Counted from the first letter of the whole stretch, positions 37,704 to 49,872 are shown. The stretch is DNA of 63,212 bases, filler included, from Asterionella formosa (GCA_002256025.1; 24 parts of 24 records of this genome joined end to end with filler, not necessarily neighbours in it); one strand, 5' to 3'. Notes: generated from the letters alone by a model not told the origin. Numbers and translations: made by a program.

Positions 37704-40700
37704 ATGCATGATCAGAAACTTGAAGACAAATACGCTGTGAGAGGAAAGGAAGAGATCTTCTGCGACAGAGTTGAATCAATCACAATGGAAGCGAGTTCGT
37801 CGGGCTCCGATACGTCGCAGGCAGATCGGCCAGAGGCCAGCCGTACTTTGAAAGATTCTATGGACGATTCAGAAATTAACCACGAAAGATTAAATGCAAC
37901 CATCCTGCACGCGTCCAGTGTTTTTGGAGGCCAACCAGTAAATTCAGAGCCTGCAAATGGAAACAGGGGATCATATGATAAGAGGCAATCGATTGGGAAC
38001 CCCGCGTCATCTGGAGACGCTCCCGCAACTGCGGCCAAGCGAATGTTCAGTCTAGAACCAACGGCATTGAATGACTTTGCTCATGAAGAAAAGAACAAAT
38101 TTGATAAATCAGCCTTTGTCTTCACGGAACCTTTGACTAAAAAGAAGCACGATGAAGCGGAGCCGATAAAGCAAAAACACATCGACGACGCACAGCACAA
38201 GACGATGGGCATGGGTGGCATGATGCCAACGAGGAATGTTCTTGGTCACACGAAAAGCTCATTCCTTGATTTCGACTCGGAGAGAACTGAATCGTTTCCT
38301 GATAGTGATTCTTGGAACAGTTGCGATAACGGCGATATCTTGATAGACTTTCCGACAAATAGGGAAGAAATCCTTGAGTTAAAGAAAAAGGAGAGAGAAT
38401 CTCGTGTTAGTAGCGTCGATAAAGAAGATCTTAATGTGATCGTAATAGAGGAAAATCAAAGAAAGCCTTGGGCGAGAGTGATACGGCAAATAGAAAATGT
38501 CCAGTCGTCAGACAACGAGGATACCGATGTATCGTATCTTCCATGCCTAGAGAATCAGACGACTAGCAAGCAATCCACGGAAGAACAATTATATATGATT
38601 GGTTTTGATTTTGAAAACTCATATTTTCACGATGGTCGTCATCTTAAGGCAGATTCGATCGATTCTGACATGACGGCCAACGATTCAACAATAACAGAAT
38701 TGAAACATGCTCAGAGGGCACTTGGGTGGCACTATTCCGACGTACGCAGCGAATGTAACGGATCAATCAAACGTAAAGCGAGTGAGAAAAATTCACTAGA
38801 GAGACAATCGTCACCTCTGCAACCGTACAAAAAAGAAACGAATTCGTCTGACAAAGCTGGTTCCTCTCAGTCACTGAAACCAAACAACGAATCTGATTTG
38901 CTGGGCATGTCGAACCAATCACTACAACACCCATATGAAACGCCAAGCTCCTCCAGGTATATCCTGATAAAAGAAATGAACACGTTTGACAACGTTGGCT
39001 CATCTTGTTCACTGCAACCAAAAAATGAATATGAAATCGTGGGCACGCCTATCGAATCACACAGTACGTCGCATTCCGTGGAACAATACCCAATCGACAA
39101 ACAAGGCCCCTCGAGTTCTTTGCTGATACAGGTACCTACGAATTTTTCGACTTGTGCACTATCTGCGACTGTAAAATCTTCGGAAGCAGTTCGAGGCAAC
39201 CCTGTTGGCAGATCAATTTCTCCGAAAACGAGCGAGAGTAGGAGGATTATCAGGAACTTTTCGCAACAAAGTTTCTCAGCTGTCCCATCGGCACTTATCG
39301 CCCCTGACGATTCTAGCCCTCTTGATTTGCAACCGGATGGAAAGAAACGAAATCGCGCTGATATATTTACTGAAAATTCTATCGATGCTCCAGTGCAGGT
39401 TTCAAATAGAATGTTTGATGCTGGATTGGATAATTTCATCGAAATCGCCAGCGAAAACAGGATAGATAAACCACCATCAATGCTTCCATTCACACAGCTA
39501 CAGTCTCAGAAAACTGCCGAAGACGGCGCCTGCGGACAAGTTGATGAGTACCAGGAATGTAACCATGTGGAATCTGAGAATGGACAACTACAACAAGTGA
39601 GCATTGAGAGCAGCGATCAGTTCATTCTTCTGGAAAGGTCAAAACTACCCAATGATCCTGATTTTCTCGAAGTAAAGGAAATAACCGACTTATTTCCGCA
39701 TGCAAAAACAAACTATGAACAGGGAGCTACGCGAAGTAAGGGAAATAGGAATCATAGGCACCGGGGAAGGCTAAGCGAGGGATTCGAGCTTGAGCAAGGC
39801 CATCGTGGTGGAAACAAGGATAGACGGAGACATAACGGCAGACACCGAGAAAACGTTGCTGGAAATGAAGTAGCAACAGGCAAAGAAAATCATCATGAAA
39901 GGAGGCACGGACGAAGACACCGTCATCGGGATGAAATTGCCGAAGGAGTTGACGATAAGAACATACACGAAAAGCGCAGAGGCAGGCGGAGACATCATCA
40001 CAGACACCGAAGCAATATAGACGCAAATAAAGGCGCATCAGGCAAAGAGCATAGCCATGAAAGGAGGCACGGACGACGACACCGTCCTCGGGATGGAAAT
40101 ACCAACGAAGTCGAAGGAGACAATATACAAGAAGAGCACAGAAAGATGAGTATCGATCATCGCCATAGACGAGACGAGACAAGGATCTGGAAAGGAAAAA
40201 ATGAGCTTGCATCGTTTCCAGGAAGAAACGAATGGGGGGACTATAGCCGGGATGAGGAAAAACGCGAAGTAAGTCCTTCCCATATTGTTGAGCATGGCGC
40301 TGCTGAGACCAAAGCGAAGCTTTCCGGAATGATAGTACCCAATGTCATTGTTTCTACTTCTGAGGGAATAGCACCATTCGAAGGAAAAGAGCCCTTAGAC
40401 AAAGAAATCGTTGATTTTGCGAAGTCGAAGAGACCTCTGGATAATTCAATCCTCTCCCAGGGTGGGGCGAACACTCCTTCAGATGATGGGAAAATTCATA
40501 AAACTTCCTCAACGAACAGCAGAATTGAAGTGTTAAGGACAATTATTGGAAAGGACATGCTTAATAGCTGGCGTAGTAGTCTGAGAGGAAACAGCCTTCT
40601 TGTAAGCGGTGGCAAAGGAGAGAGTTTTAATAGTATTTTTGAAAACGACGACGGCGACATCGAAAGTCTGAAGAAGACATCTCGAGTTAAAGATGGCGCA

Positions 40701-42071
40701 TCAACGAAGAATCTAGTCCTACGCATTCAAAGGAAGGTCGGTCCTAATATTTGGGCGATGAAGTGGTACATTTTGGTATTCTTCCTTTTCGTTTTCGTTT
40801 TGACTATTGCCATCGCTCTTTCCACGCGTGACAACAGGAACAGTAGTCCGCCACCAACCATGGCTCCATCGCAATCCCGCACTATAGGATTCAAAGAAGT
40901 GCAAAATTTTTCCGGGACATCCACAAACAATTATGCAGGGGCTTCTGTTTCCTTTTCTGCTGACGGCATGTATGTCGCGATTGGCTACGAGCTTGAGAGC
41001 GGGCGTGTTACAGATAGCGGCGTTGTTCGAATTTTCGAGTCATTCGATACTTCATGGGCGCAATTTGGAACTACCATTGAAGGTCTTGCCACTGGCGACG
41101 CATTCGGATGTGCGCTTTCAATTTCAGACAATGGCCAGCGAATAGCGGTTGGAGCCAAGGACAGCGCCTTGGGAATTGGAGAGGTGAGAGTTTTTGAGTA
41201 TGACATTTCGTCCTCGTCGTGGCAGCAACTAGGAAACACCATTCCAGGTATTGGGTCCAATGGACGTGCAGGTGCAGCTGTTTCACTCTCAGGCAGTGGT
41301 CTGCGTGTAGCTGTTGGTGGTCCACGCTTATCTGACAAAACCGGCTACGTTGCAACTTACGAGCAAAGTGGGAACGCATGGGTACAGCTCGGCTCTGCTT
41401 TGATGGGACAAAGTCCAGGGGAGATGTTTGGCACTTCAATTTCAGTTTCTCAGGCTGGAGACATACTAGCTATCGGGTCATTACGTGCAATGGCAAATGG
41501 GCAGATCAACAGCGGGAAAGTTTCTGTATATCGTTTCAATGCAGTTTCAAGTACGGGACTCTGGACTTTCATCGGATCGGATCTTCCTGGACCAAACTCT
41601 GGTGATCAATTTGGCCAATCTGTTTCGCTCTCATCGGATGGCTCTCGTCTTGCTATTGGAGCAAATGGTCATGACAGAGTCGGATTGAAAAATGTCGGCG
41701 CATGCCGAGTATTTGCATTAATCGATTTCGATTGGACCCAAGTTGGAGGAACTTTGGAAGGCAATCATGATAGAGAGCAAAGCGGCTTTTCTATCGCGTT
41801 GTCTCGGGACGGGAATCATCTGGCCTGTGGTGGTCCCAACAGCTCAGTTGACGGAGAAAAAAGTGGCGTGGTTAGGGTATTCCAGCTCTCATCGATCGAC
41901 GAGAGTTGGCAACAAGTCGGCGAGGATTTGATTGGATCTGAAAAATCTGCGTTTGGATCATCGATCGCGATTTCGCAAGACGGAGGGTATCTAGCTATTG
42001 GCGCCCCAAACTTCACTCTTGGCGATCTTGAACGCGTAGGTATTGCCCTAATTTATAAACGTTTATTGTGA
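37704..42071 (+). CDS. 1455-aa single-pass membrane protein: disordered N-terminus, His/Arg-rich repeats, TM helix, C-terminal FG-GAP beta-propeller
   Basis: TM segment WYILVFFLFVFVLTIAIALS at ~40764-40823, then seven repeats of the form (F/A)G.SVS.S.DG..(L/V)A(I/V)G(A/G)P with WxQxG spacers. Confidence 0.88.
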   Translation: MHDQKLEDKYAVRGKEEIFCDRVESITMEASSSGSDTSQADRPEASRTLKDSMDDSEINHERLNATILHASSVFGGQPVNSEPANGNRGSYDKRQSIGNPASSGDAPATAAKRMFSLEPTALNDFAHEEKNKFDKSAFVFTEPLTKKKHDEAEPIKQKHIDDAQHKTMGMGGMMPTRNVLGHTKSSFLDFDSERTESFPDSDSWNSCDNGDILIDFPTNREEILELKKKERESRVSSVDKEDLNVIVIEENQRKPWARVIRQIENVQSSDNEDTDVSYLPCLENQTTSKQSTEEQLYMIGFDFENSYFHDGRHLKADSIDSDMTANDSTITELKHAQRALGWHYSDVRSECNGSIKRKASEKNSLERQSSPLQPYKKETNSSDKAGSSQSLKPNNESDLLGMSNQSLQHPYETPSSSRYILIKEMNTFDNVGSSCSLQPKNEYEIVGTPIESHSTSHSVEQYPIDKQGPSSSLLIQVPTNFSTCALSATVKSSEAVRGNPVGRSISPKTSESRRIIRNFSQQSFSAVPSALIAPDDSSPLDLQPDGKKRNRADIFTENSIDAPVQVSNRMFDAGLDNFIEIASENRIDKPPSMLPFTQLQSQKTAEDGACGQVDEYQECNHVESENGQLQQVSIESSDQFILLERSKLPNDPDFLEVKEITDLFPHAKTNYEQGATRSKGNRNHRHRGRLSEGFELEQGHRGGNKDRRRHNGRHRENVAGNEVATGKENHHERRHGRRHRHRDEIAEGVDDKNIHEKRRGRRRHHHRHRSNIDANKGASGKEHSHERRHGRRHRPRDGNTNEVEGDNIQEEHRKMSIDHRHRRDETRIWKGKNELASFPGRNEWGDYSRDEEKREVSPSHIVEHGAAETKAKLSGMIVPNVIVSTSEGIAPFEGKEPLDKEIVDFAKSKRPLDNSILSQGGANTPSDDGKIHKTSSTNSRIEVLRTIIGKDMLNSWRSSLRGNSLLVSGGKGESFNSIFENDDGDIESLKKTSRVKDGASTKNLVLRIQRKVGPNIWAMKWYILVFFLFVFVLTIAIALSTRDNRNSSPPPTMAPSQSRTIGFKEVQNFSGTSTNNYAGASVSFSADGMYVAIGYELESGRVTDSGVVRIFESFDTSWAQFGTTIEGLATGDAFGCALSISDNGQRIAVGAKDSALGIGEVRVFEYDISSSSWQQLGNTIPGIGSNGRAGAAVSLSGSGLRVAVGGPRLSDKTGYVATYEQSGNAWVQLGSALMGQSPGEMFGTSISVSQAGDILAIGSLRAMANGQINSGKVSVYRFNAVSSTGLWTFIGSDLPGPNSGDQFGQSVSLSSDGSRLAIGANGHDRVGLKNVGACRVFALIDFDWTQVGGTLEGNHDREQSGFSIALSRDGNHLACGGPNSSVDGEKSGVVRVFQLSSIDESWQQVGEDLIGSEKSAFGSSIAISQDGGYLAIGAPNFTLGDLERVGIALIYKRLL

Positions 42072-42205
42072 AGCATAATTCATCATACAATTGTCATTGA
42101 ATCTGTCGTGGATCGGAGAAAATTTCCAAACGCGCACGATGAGTCGAGGAAAGTTCTGATGTTACCATTGACAAGTAAAATAGAAATAATTCTTCAAATC
42201 ATTCT

Positions 42206-43372
42206 TCAAATCTTAATGGCCCAACCTTCAGGTCCTTCAACTTTGCCATATTGAATACTGGTAATGCTATTCCATATTCGTTTGGTCAACTCCCCGGTAG
42301 CTGGAATCGCAATATCTACCCCCTTGTACTGAATGCAAGAAACCGGCGCCACAACTGCGGCAGTTCCAGCTCCGAAGGCTTCAAGCAAACGACCATCATC
42401 AGCGGCCTGTTTGATCTCAAGCATCGTTGGGAAGCGCTCAGTGACATCAAATTCGTCCCACTTTCGAGCAAGCTCCAAGATTGATCGACGAGTCACACCT
42501 GGCAAGATATCTCCTCTACTCAACGGCGGAGTCACCAGCTCCTTTCGTCCTGTGTCCTTGTTGATCAAAAAGAAAAATATATTCATTGCTCCAACTTCAG
42601 TGATTTGGTCGTTTTCCCCAAACAACCAAAGGACTTGCCCATACCCAGATCGAACAGCTTCTGCCTGGGCTTTCATAGTAGGAGCATAATTGCCTGAGAC
42701 CTTTGAATTTCCAGTTCCTCCTGGCCAAGCACGTACATACGGCGTGTCAGCTGTTAGTCTAACAGGAGCAAATCCGGTCTTGTAGTAAGGCCCCACTGGA
42801 GAGCATATGACAAAAAGGAGCACGCTTGTCGGAGCTGCCACACCCAGGTATTTATGAGTCGCAATAACAGTCGGTCGTATGTAAAGAGAATAACCTTCAC
42901 CACTTGGTATCCAATCTTTGTCTGTTCGAACTAATTCTGCAATACATTTAAGTAGTTCTTTTCGGTCAAAGTCAAAACCGGGGATTTGTAGTCGATCCAT
43001 AGATCTTGAAAGCCGTTCCATATTCAGTTCGGGTCGAAACAGCATTAATTCCTCATTTTCAATACTCTTGTAAGCCTTCATACCCTCGAAACAGGACAAG
43101 CCATAGTGTAGACAGGAGGACGCTGGACTCAAGACTAAGTCGCCATATGGAACGATTTTGGGAGCACTCCACTTGCCGCCCTCCCACTCAATCTTGAGCA
43201 TGTGATCGGAGAAAGTGGTTCCAAATTCCAATTCTTCTTTGGAAGGTCGACTTTCGAAGCGCTCTCTACTGGCAACTCTCTGAACAGTTAGATTAGCGAA
43301 GGAGATGGATCGTTTGGGGGTGTAGAGAGCAACTCGGCAACCCAGCGCCGCGTTGGCAATAATTCGAAACAT
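42206..43372 (-). CDS. BCAT: Branched-chain amino acid aminotransferase, 388 aa, probable mitochondrial presequence
   Basis: FGTTFSDHM, LHYGLSCFEGMKAY, LYIRP, K(VSGNY), EVGAMN, ILPGVTR and FGAGTAA motifs. Confidence 0.96.
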   Translation of the reverse strand: MFRIIANAALGCRVALYTPKRSISFANLTVQRVASRERFESRPSKEELEFGTTFSDHMLKIEWEGGKWSAPKIVPYGDLVLSPASSCLHYGLSCFEGMKAYKSIENEELMLFRPELNMERLSRSMDRLQIPGFDFDRKELLKCIAELVRTDKDWIPSGEGYSLYIRPTVIATHKYLGVAAPTSVLLFVICSPVGPYYKTGFAPVRLTADTPYVRAWPGGTGNSKVSGNYAPTMKAQAEAVRSGYGQVLWLFGENDQITEVGAMNIFFFLINKDTGRKELVTPPLSRGDILPGVTRRSILELARKWDEFDVTERFPTMLEIKQAADDGRLLEAFGAGTAAVVAPVSCIQYKGVDIAIPATGELTKRIWNSITSIQYGKVEGPEGWAIKI

Positions 43373-43469
43373 CTTTGCTTCGTTTTGTAAGCAATACATC
43401 AAATAATGGTGACGATGGCAACAAGAACATTCAGCGGTACCCCCTGGCACTTCGTGTACCGGTACCAGG

Positions 43470-43657
43470 TGAGCGATCTTGCGCATCAATACAGATGTAT
43501 ATAGGGTTAGTGTTATATCATATATGTATCAGAACTCAATAATGAGAGAACTCGACTAACCCTCATTGTATACTTTGGTGTCGACTTGGAGAACGAGTTA
43601 CACACAAGGATTAACAAATAAGCTCATATATTCAACAAATACTACTACTTCTAGTTA
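43470..43657 (+). mobile_element. Gypsy LTR (same family as 2409/5066), cut by contig end
   Basis: Starts TGAGCGATC immediately after GGTACCAGG; near-identical to the reverse complement of 49873-50060. Confidence 0.9.
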
Positions 43658-43849
43658 NNNNNNNNNNNNNNNNNNNNNNNNNNNNNNNNNNNNNNNNNNN
43701 NTTAATTAATTAANNNNNNNNNNNNNNNNNNNNNNNNNNNNNNNNNNNNNNNNNNNNCCATTTCAGAATACCGGTATTCATATATACCGTAATCAATTTG
43801 TTTACCGGTACCTGGTACCATACCAGGTACTAGCCCCTAAACCGGCTAC

Positions 43850-44272
43850 TGTTGACCCCATATGATATGTCAAGAATATTACCCTGAGTCACAAGGATTG
43901 TGGACTCCATTGTAATCCAACGAGTCGAATATTGCATTGCCACGTCAATCAGCTGTGTAACTAGATCAAAGATTGAAGATTTCTAGAAATGTTAAGTGGA
44001 AACTCGAAGAGAGTCTTAGAACGACTTTGCAGGAAGCAAAGATGCATGGAAATGAAACATTTAGTTAAGCTTATAATTTAATTTGAGTTTAGATTATCAA
44101 TTGAGAAAACAGTGTTTTAATTGACAGGAAGGTCAATTAGTCTATCTAGCAGGAAGGCTAGCAGCAGAGAAGAGAGAAATTAAGTGGCACTAGATATTAC
44201 TACGAGCACGTAAGAGTCTAAATGAAGAGAGAGAGACCCAGCCCACGGGAAGGAGTATGGACCTTTTCAACA
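43850..44272 (+). mobile_element. Probable solo LTR (TGTTG...CAACA, 423 bp)
   Basis: Inverted 5-bp termini; the 5' part is homologous to the reverse complement of 53560-53657, which also ends in CAACA. No matching TSD. Confidence 0.55.
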
Positions 44273-44980
44273 ATGATACCGGTAGTATTACGGTAGACTG
44301 GACCAGCTACATTTTATGTACCCTGGTACCAGGTACCTGGTATACAATTCATATCATAGTATCAACTATCAACCATCATTGACAGCAATTCCCGCTCCAG
44401 TTATCGTCTTGCCACTAGTATCATGCTAACATTGCATTTCATAATGAAATTGTGTTGTTGCTGTTTGTTGTGGGCGGTTGTGAAAACAGTCTTGTTCTTG
44501 CTTGATTTCGAAGATGTCATTGCTGTTGCGGCACTCATTATGCCTTGTTTTGGTTCTTGGCTGGCAGTGAGATCATCCGGTATCATTTTCACTTCATTGC
44601 TTGCGTGCTTGTTGTGGGCGCTTGTTGTGGGCGCTTGTTGTCACTTGTGTGTACTGAAAACAGTCCTCTTGTTCTTGATATTGTTGTAGATGTTGTTAGT
44701 TGCTGTTGTGGCGCTTGTGATAGCATTTGATGCTTTAGTGCTGGGTGACATTTGCCCATCATTGTGGCTGGTGTCAGAGTTATCATTTTTCCCAGTGCTT
44801 TCATTGTTGATTGTCAACTGTCATTGCTGGAATGTCCTCTAATGATATGCATGGCTGTCTTCTTTTGTCTTTTAATCAATNNNNNNNNNNNNNNNNNNNN
44901 NNNNNNNNNNNNNNNNNNNNNNNNTTAATTAATTAANNNNNNNNNNNNNNNNNNNNNNNNNNNNNNNNNNNNNNNNNNNN

Positions 44981-45698
44981 GAGTTGCACCTATCGTGTTC
45001 TGGTTGATAAAGATTTCCGCAACACCATCGATGATGCCCTGTCCGCCAGCAGGGACTAATTTTAGCGCATTCCAACTGCAATCTTGATAGACACTTGAAA
45101 GGGTCGCCCCGGCGCCACTGAAGAGACGACTAGACATTGTTGTTGCGTTCAGCGAAACTGAAGCGTCCAAAGATGTCACTCGCAGCGCTAATACCGTGTT
45201 GGTACCAAAGTTCTTTGCAATCAGACGGCGCACTGGTGGACCCGGTAAAATAACCACATCAGAATCACCAGAAACAATGATGATATCATCCGAATCAGGA
45301 CTGCGATATGCTTGAGCCCCCACAATTTGAATAGTTTGTTGAGTTTGCATGTTTTCGGACTCGATTGCGGAAACGATGGATTCAGGAAGAGTATACACCA
45401 TTCCGGATGCTCCATCGTCCTCTTGGGCAGCAGTTGTCAAGCAGTTGTGTATGATTTCTCGACTATCCCCAACATGATTCACTGCCGTGTGTTCTTCATA
45501 CATGACGTGGGCTTCCATCAATTGGCAAACAAGGTAACCGTCTAAAATATCTAACAAACGTTCCGCTTTGTGGTGAAGCTTAGGCTGCTCGTTACTTTTG
45601 CTTTCCTCGGTTTTAGAGACTGGAGACATCGATGAAGCAGGCAGTGTCAACGCGAGGAGGCCGAATACCAACATTTGGGATGCTTTTGATCTCATCAT
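44981..45698 (-). CDS. Secreted protein, 5' fragment; resembles the region preceding diatom gametolysin (M11) peptidase domains
   Basis: Signal peptide; RRL cleavage-like site followed by GTNTVLALRV..TLSSVYQDCSWNALKLVPA..GVAEI. The catalytic HExxH would lie beyond the contig end. Confidence 0.65.
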
Positions 45699-47689
45699 TT
45701 CCTACGCTTACTAGAGCTATAGATCAAAATTTTGACGAAGAATGAGAAGCAAAAGGTAATGCAATTTGTGAGCACAGGTCTTTGTAAGCGATGCTTCACA
45801 GACAAGTTGCGGTTGCGTATGACTGCCCGAAATATGTTCACCCAATATCGACAAACAAATTCAATGTGGATGCTGATAAATAAATCGTTAAGTAACTGTT
45901 GCAACTTTACCTTGTATATTCAATGTTCGGCTTTTGATGATGTTGTTTTTTACGTTTTTGTGAGATTGTTTTGTTTTGTGTGGGGGGAATAAATTCGAAA
46001 CTATTCAGAAATATCATGTGAATCAATTTCAACTTTCGGCCGTTCATTCCCTGCTGCCTAATGATAACAATGAAAATGAAAGGAATAAATCTCTATTGCC
46101 CTTNNNNNNNNNNNNNNNNNNNNNNNNNNNNNNNNNNNNNNNNNNNNTTAATTAATTAANNNNNNNNNNNNNNNNNNNNNNNNNNNNNNNNNNNNNNNNN
46201 NNNCTCCCACTTGGGTACTACCAATCTGTCCCTGTCCAGCTCCCAGCCAATATGGTTTTCAGCAGTCTCTTCATCACCTTCATCCTAAATCACATCTGCC
46301 CTCCTTTTCTTCTATGTCTTCCTACTCTTATTCTATCTTGAGAACAAGATCAATTTAATCAATACGAAAGTAAATTCAATCTGGCACAAGTTTCTGATTC
46401 TGCTAAAAATACTTGTAGGCAGTATGGACCAGTAACTTCCACAAACAAGGAAAGCATGATGAATGCGGTGAATCTACCCTTCCAATCTTTGGTTGGCGCT
46501 ATAACTCTCTTATCAACCTGAAGGCCTAATTTGAAGTGGTTGTGCAGTGTACAGAAAGGCATTGGTGACCTTCATAGCCTCAACAATTTTTTTAAATAGA
46601 TTAGAAGTGGATCTTACAAATTCAGGTCAAAATTGTGTTTTATTCAAGAACATATTCTTCGATTTAGTTGACAGGTGGAATGAAAAAAATGGCAGCTACA
46701 GCACTCCTGTCCAGCATAGCCAAATCAAACTCCCTCAATGAAGGCTGAGTTGACGGCTGTTCCTCCCAGAGTAGATGCATTAGTTGGGTTTGTTGGGTTT
46801 TCAGGGGTTGGAATGTTCTCTGGAGGTGTGTCATTTGATCATTGATTGTGAATTCTGGTAAACAATAATTTTGAGCATCACCTGCCTACTGCTTTGGTGG
46901 GAGGCTTGATACATGAGATTATTTCCATCCCTTCATTCTGTTATTCTGGTGATTACTATCCACCCCCTCCCCTCCTATCTGTGTTGAATAGATGCTCCAA
47001 AGCTCCTTACTCAACTATGATAGCTTCCTTGAAATGAGTAAATTTGAGATCTATCAGCCATCATCACCAAACAGGCTGTGATGCATCCCAATCCATCATT
47101 GAGCTGCTGTTTGCCTTGGGTGCAGTTTCCAATTCTCCCCTGACCTGTCTGCTATATCTATGCAGTTAGTTGATAAGTATTATCCTGCTGTTTTTGGTTT
47201 GGTTTAGGTTTTCAGATAGTACAAGTAGTCTTTGGTGGATGTTGTTGACATGTTTAAGTCAGACATTGCTTTGGAGGGCATCATTTTAGAATCAATCAGG
47301 AATGACTCAATTCAGACCAGAATCAGNNNNNNNNNNNNNNNNNNNNNNNNNNNNNNNNNNNNNNNNNNNNTTAATTAATTAANNNNNNNNNNNNNNNNNN
47401 NNNNNNNNNNNNNNNNNNNNNNNNNNAAAAACACATCAAATACCAACGGGGTCTTTCTAGTTCGACATGCTGATATTAGTCTCCCTTTGTGGCTCGATAT
47501 GAAAACCTTCGCATCTTTTTCCTTTTCCTTTATATACATCGTTGGATAAACTTTTGTCCTGATTATAAGTGGCTATATATGTAAAAGACAAAGAATTGAA
47601 ATTTGAAGTAGTAATATCATTTAGTCATGTGCCAGTAACAACATGAGCGAATAATCACATATCAGTCTGGACTGGAAGGACTCAATACT

Positions 47690-48420
47690 GCTTCCATGGA
47701 ATGATGTAAACAACAATAAACAAAACGATAGAGACCCATGGAGCATATACAACATATCTGAATCTTTTTTTGCAGTCTACACATGTACTTTGGTGGAAGG
47801 AACGACCAGCATCCACAACCTCACTCTGCTGTCCCGAAAAATTTCTTGCCTTTGGGTAGCCGGAAAACTCTGTGCTCAGCATTTTTCGTCAATCTCGACA
47901 ACCTTCTAGGCAACTCGTCTTCTTCTTCTCTCTTCTTTATAATAAGGATTACATACCAATACCTCTGCAAAACGCTTGCAAAAACCGAGCATGCCATCAA
48001 CCTCCTCCTTGCAGAAGTGTTTATGTGCCAGCATGGCATTTACTTCCGTGACTGACAAGATGAATGCGAACACTCTATTTGGCCACCATTTCGTCGCCCA
48101 TACCACCTCCAAACTGATTGGTGGGGAATGCCTCTTTGCATTATGATCGTCAACAGCATGCCAAAACTTGTAGTGGTTGTGGATAACCTCAGTATATGTA
48201 ACCTGTTTTTGGCGCTTTGTTCCTGCTTGTACCACCCAATGTCTCTTTGAAACCTTGCCAATTGGTTCTAAGGTCCCATATGTAGACATTGGAGAAATCA
48301 CTTAATCTGGTTCCATCATGCAATATACATGGAAGGGGATGTTGTCTAGTTTTCCTGGCCAGGCATCTGCAAAGCCACATTTCAAGGCTTTCAAAGCGTA
48401 CCTTGATCGTGGCTGACAAG
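47690..48420 (-). pseudogene. piggyBac-like transposase C-terminal remnant
   Basis: NHYKFWHAVDDHNAKRH..LEVVWATKWWPNRVFAFILSVTEVNA followed by a frameshifted Cys-rich tail. Confidence 0.7.
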
Positions 48421-48649
48421 GAGACAGGTTCCGTTGTACTGTACGGATGAATAAAACCGTTAATAATTGTGTCTATTTATTTGGTCAAGAGTGCGATTAT
48501 TGGATAGCTTTAACATAATATAAGATTTGATTGCCAATTATAATTATATNNNNNNNNNNNNNNNNNNNNNNNNNNNNNNNNNNNNNNNNNNNNTTAATTA
48601 ATTAANNNNNNNNNNNNNNNNNNNNNNNNNNNNNNNNNNNNNNNNNNNN

Positions 48650-49046
48650 ATTAATGGAAGAATGATAATGAATTTTTCTGCTATAGCTGTAATTTTCTAC
48701 ACCTTCCATTGTCAGCATAGATATTTCGCTTTCTTGTGATTCTTCATGCACATCCTCCTCAGCAGGCTGTTTGTCCATGCTGGTAGCTACTGGTGCCACC
48801 AGATAACCTCAATTTCCTTAGAAAGTATTTCACTTTCTGTGTAGTCACCCATGGGACAAGTTCTTCTACATCGTGCACAGCACGAGAAATTGCGCCATAC
48901 GGTAGTTTTCCATTATTGTTTGCTTTCAACACTTCCATATTTGTAGAGATGTTTAATAGGCAATGTTCAATCATCCTGGCTTTGTTTGTGCTGCTAATAG
49001 ACTGAGCCGCCTTGCCCGAAGGCACAGTCGATTTCTTTTTTGCCAT
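48650..49046 (-). pseudogene. Possible N-terminus of a pogo-like transposase
   Basis: NNGKLPYGAISRAV..PWVTTQKVKYFL HTH-like segment; repeated AGTGGGTCACAGC (49425, 49445) upstream, next to a GGTACC site. Confidence 0.4.
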
Positions 49047-49554
49047 AGTTTGGATGCATATTATGAGCTAAAAATTCTATACTGGTTGGTATGTTCACAT
49101 TTCCTTTCAAGTGTATGGGTGAAAGGGCGCTTAAGGATATGACAGGAATCATACAACAAATAAATCGAAGGCGATATTTTTGTATTAAGCTGCGTATATC
49201 ATATAACAGTGAGTCCTCAAAACATGGGGTAATCCGTGTTCTGGCAATATTTTCGTCGATCGCACTTTTCAACCAATATTTTAGGAGAAACCAATTGCTA
49301 TAAACTTATATCTAATGGCATAGCCTTAGAGCGTACATGCTCAGGATTGGGGTCGAAGTTTTAAAATTAACAAATCTGCATTTGGTAGGGTCAAACCGTG
49401 TTTTTCTCCTGTTCAGTGGGTCACAGCGGTTCCAAATTTTTTTTAGTGGGTCACAGCAGTTTTTTACTGGTACCAGTCGGGAGGGTCTTCAGTCAATCTT
49501 GGCTGTATCGTACTATGATAATGCATTTCGGGGGTATGGACAATGCACTGGCTG

Positions 49555-49735
49555 CTGGTACCAGGGGTACCTGCTACCAGGGTACCCTGCTACCAGGTAC
49601 AATGGTACCTGGTACCGGTAATTGTGTGGGCCAGGACAAGCAAGAAGCACCAATGAAAAAACTACGCACCGTTACGACCGGTACTTATCTATGTATCAAT
49701 CAATCATAGTACCAGGTACCAGGTACCAGGTACCG
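49555..49735. repeat. GGTACC / CCAGGTA heptamer tract
   Basis: GTACCAGGTACCAGGTACCAGGTACC at 49709-49734. Confidence 0.85.
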
Positions 49736-49872
49736 ATAATAAGATTAATTACCGTATCATGATATATACCGGNNNNNNNNNNNNNNNNNNNNNNNNNNNN
49801 NNNNNNNNNNNNNNNNTTAATTAATTAANNNNNNNNNNNNNNNNNNNNNNNNNNNNNNNNNNNNNNNNNNNN

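Noticed and set aside
43373..43489. 39-aa N-terminal extension of BCAT in the ORF track
   Set aside because: It starts at a non-ATG codon inside the LTR; ATG 43372 gives a plausible presequence.
46204..47326. Possible decayed non-LTR retrotransposon RT (GAGQG-like peptide on the minus strand)
   Set aside because: Too degenerate to support by eye.
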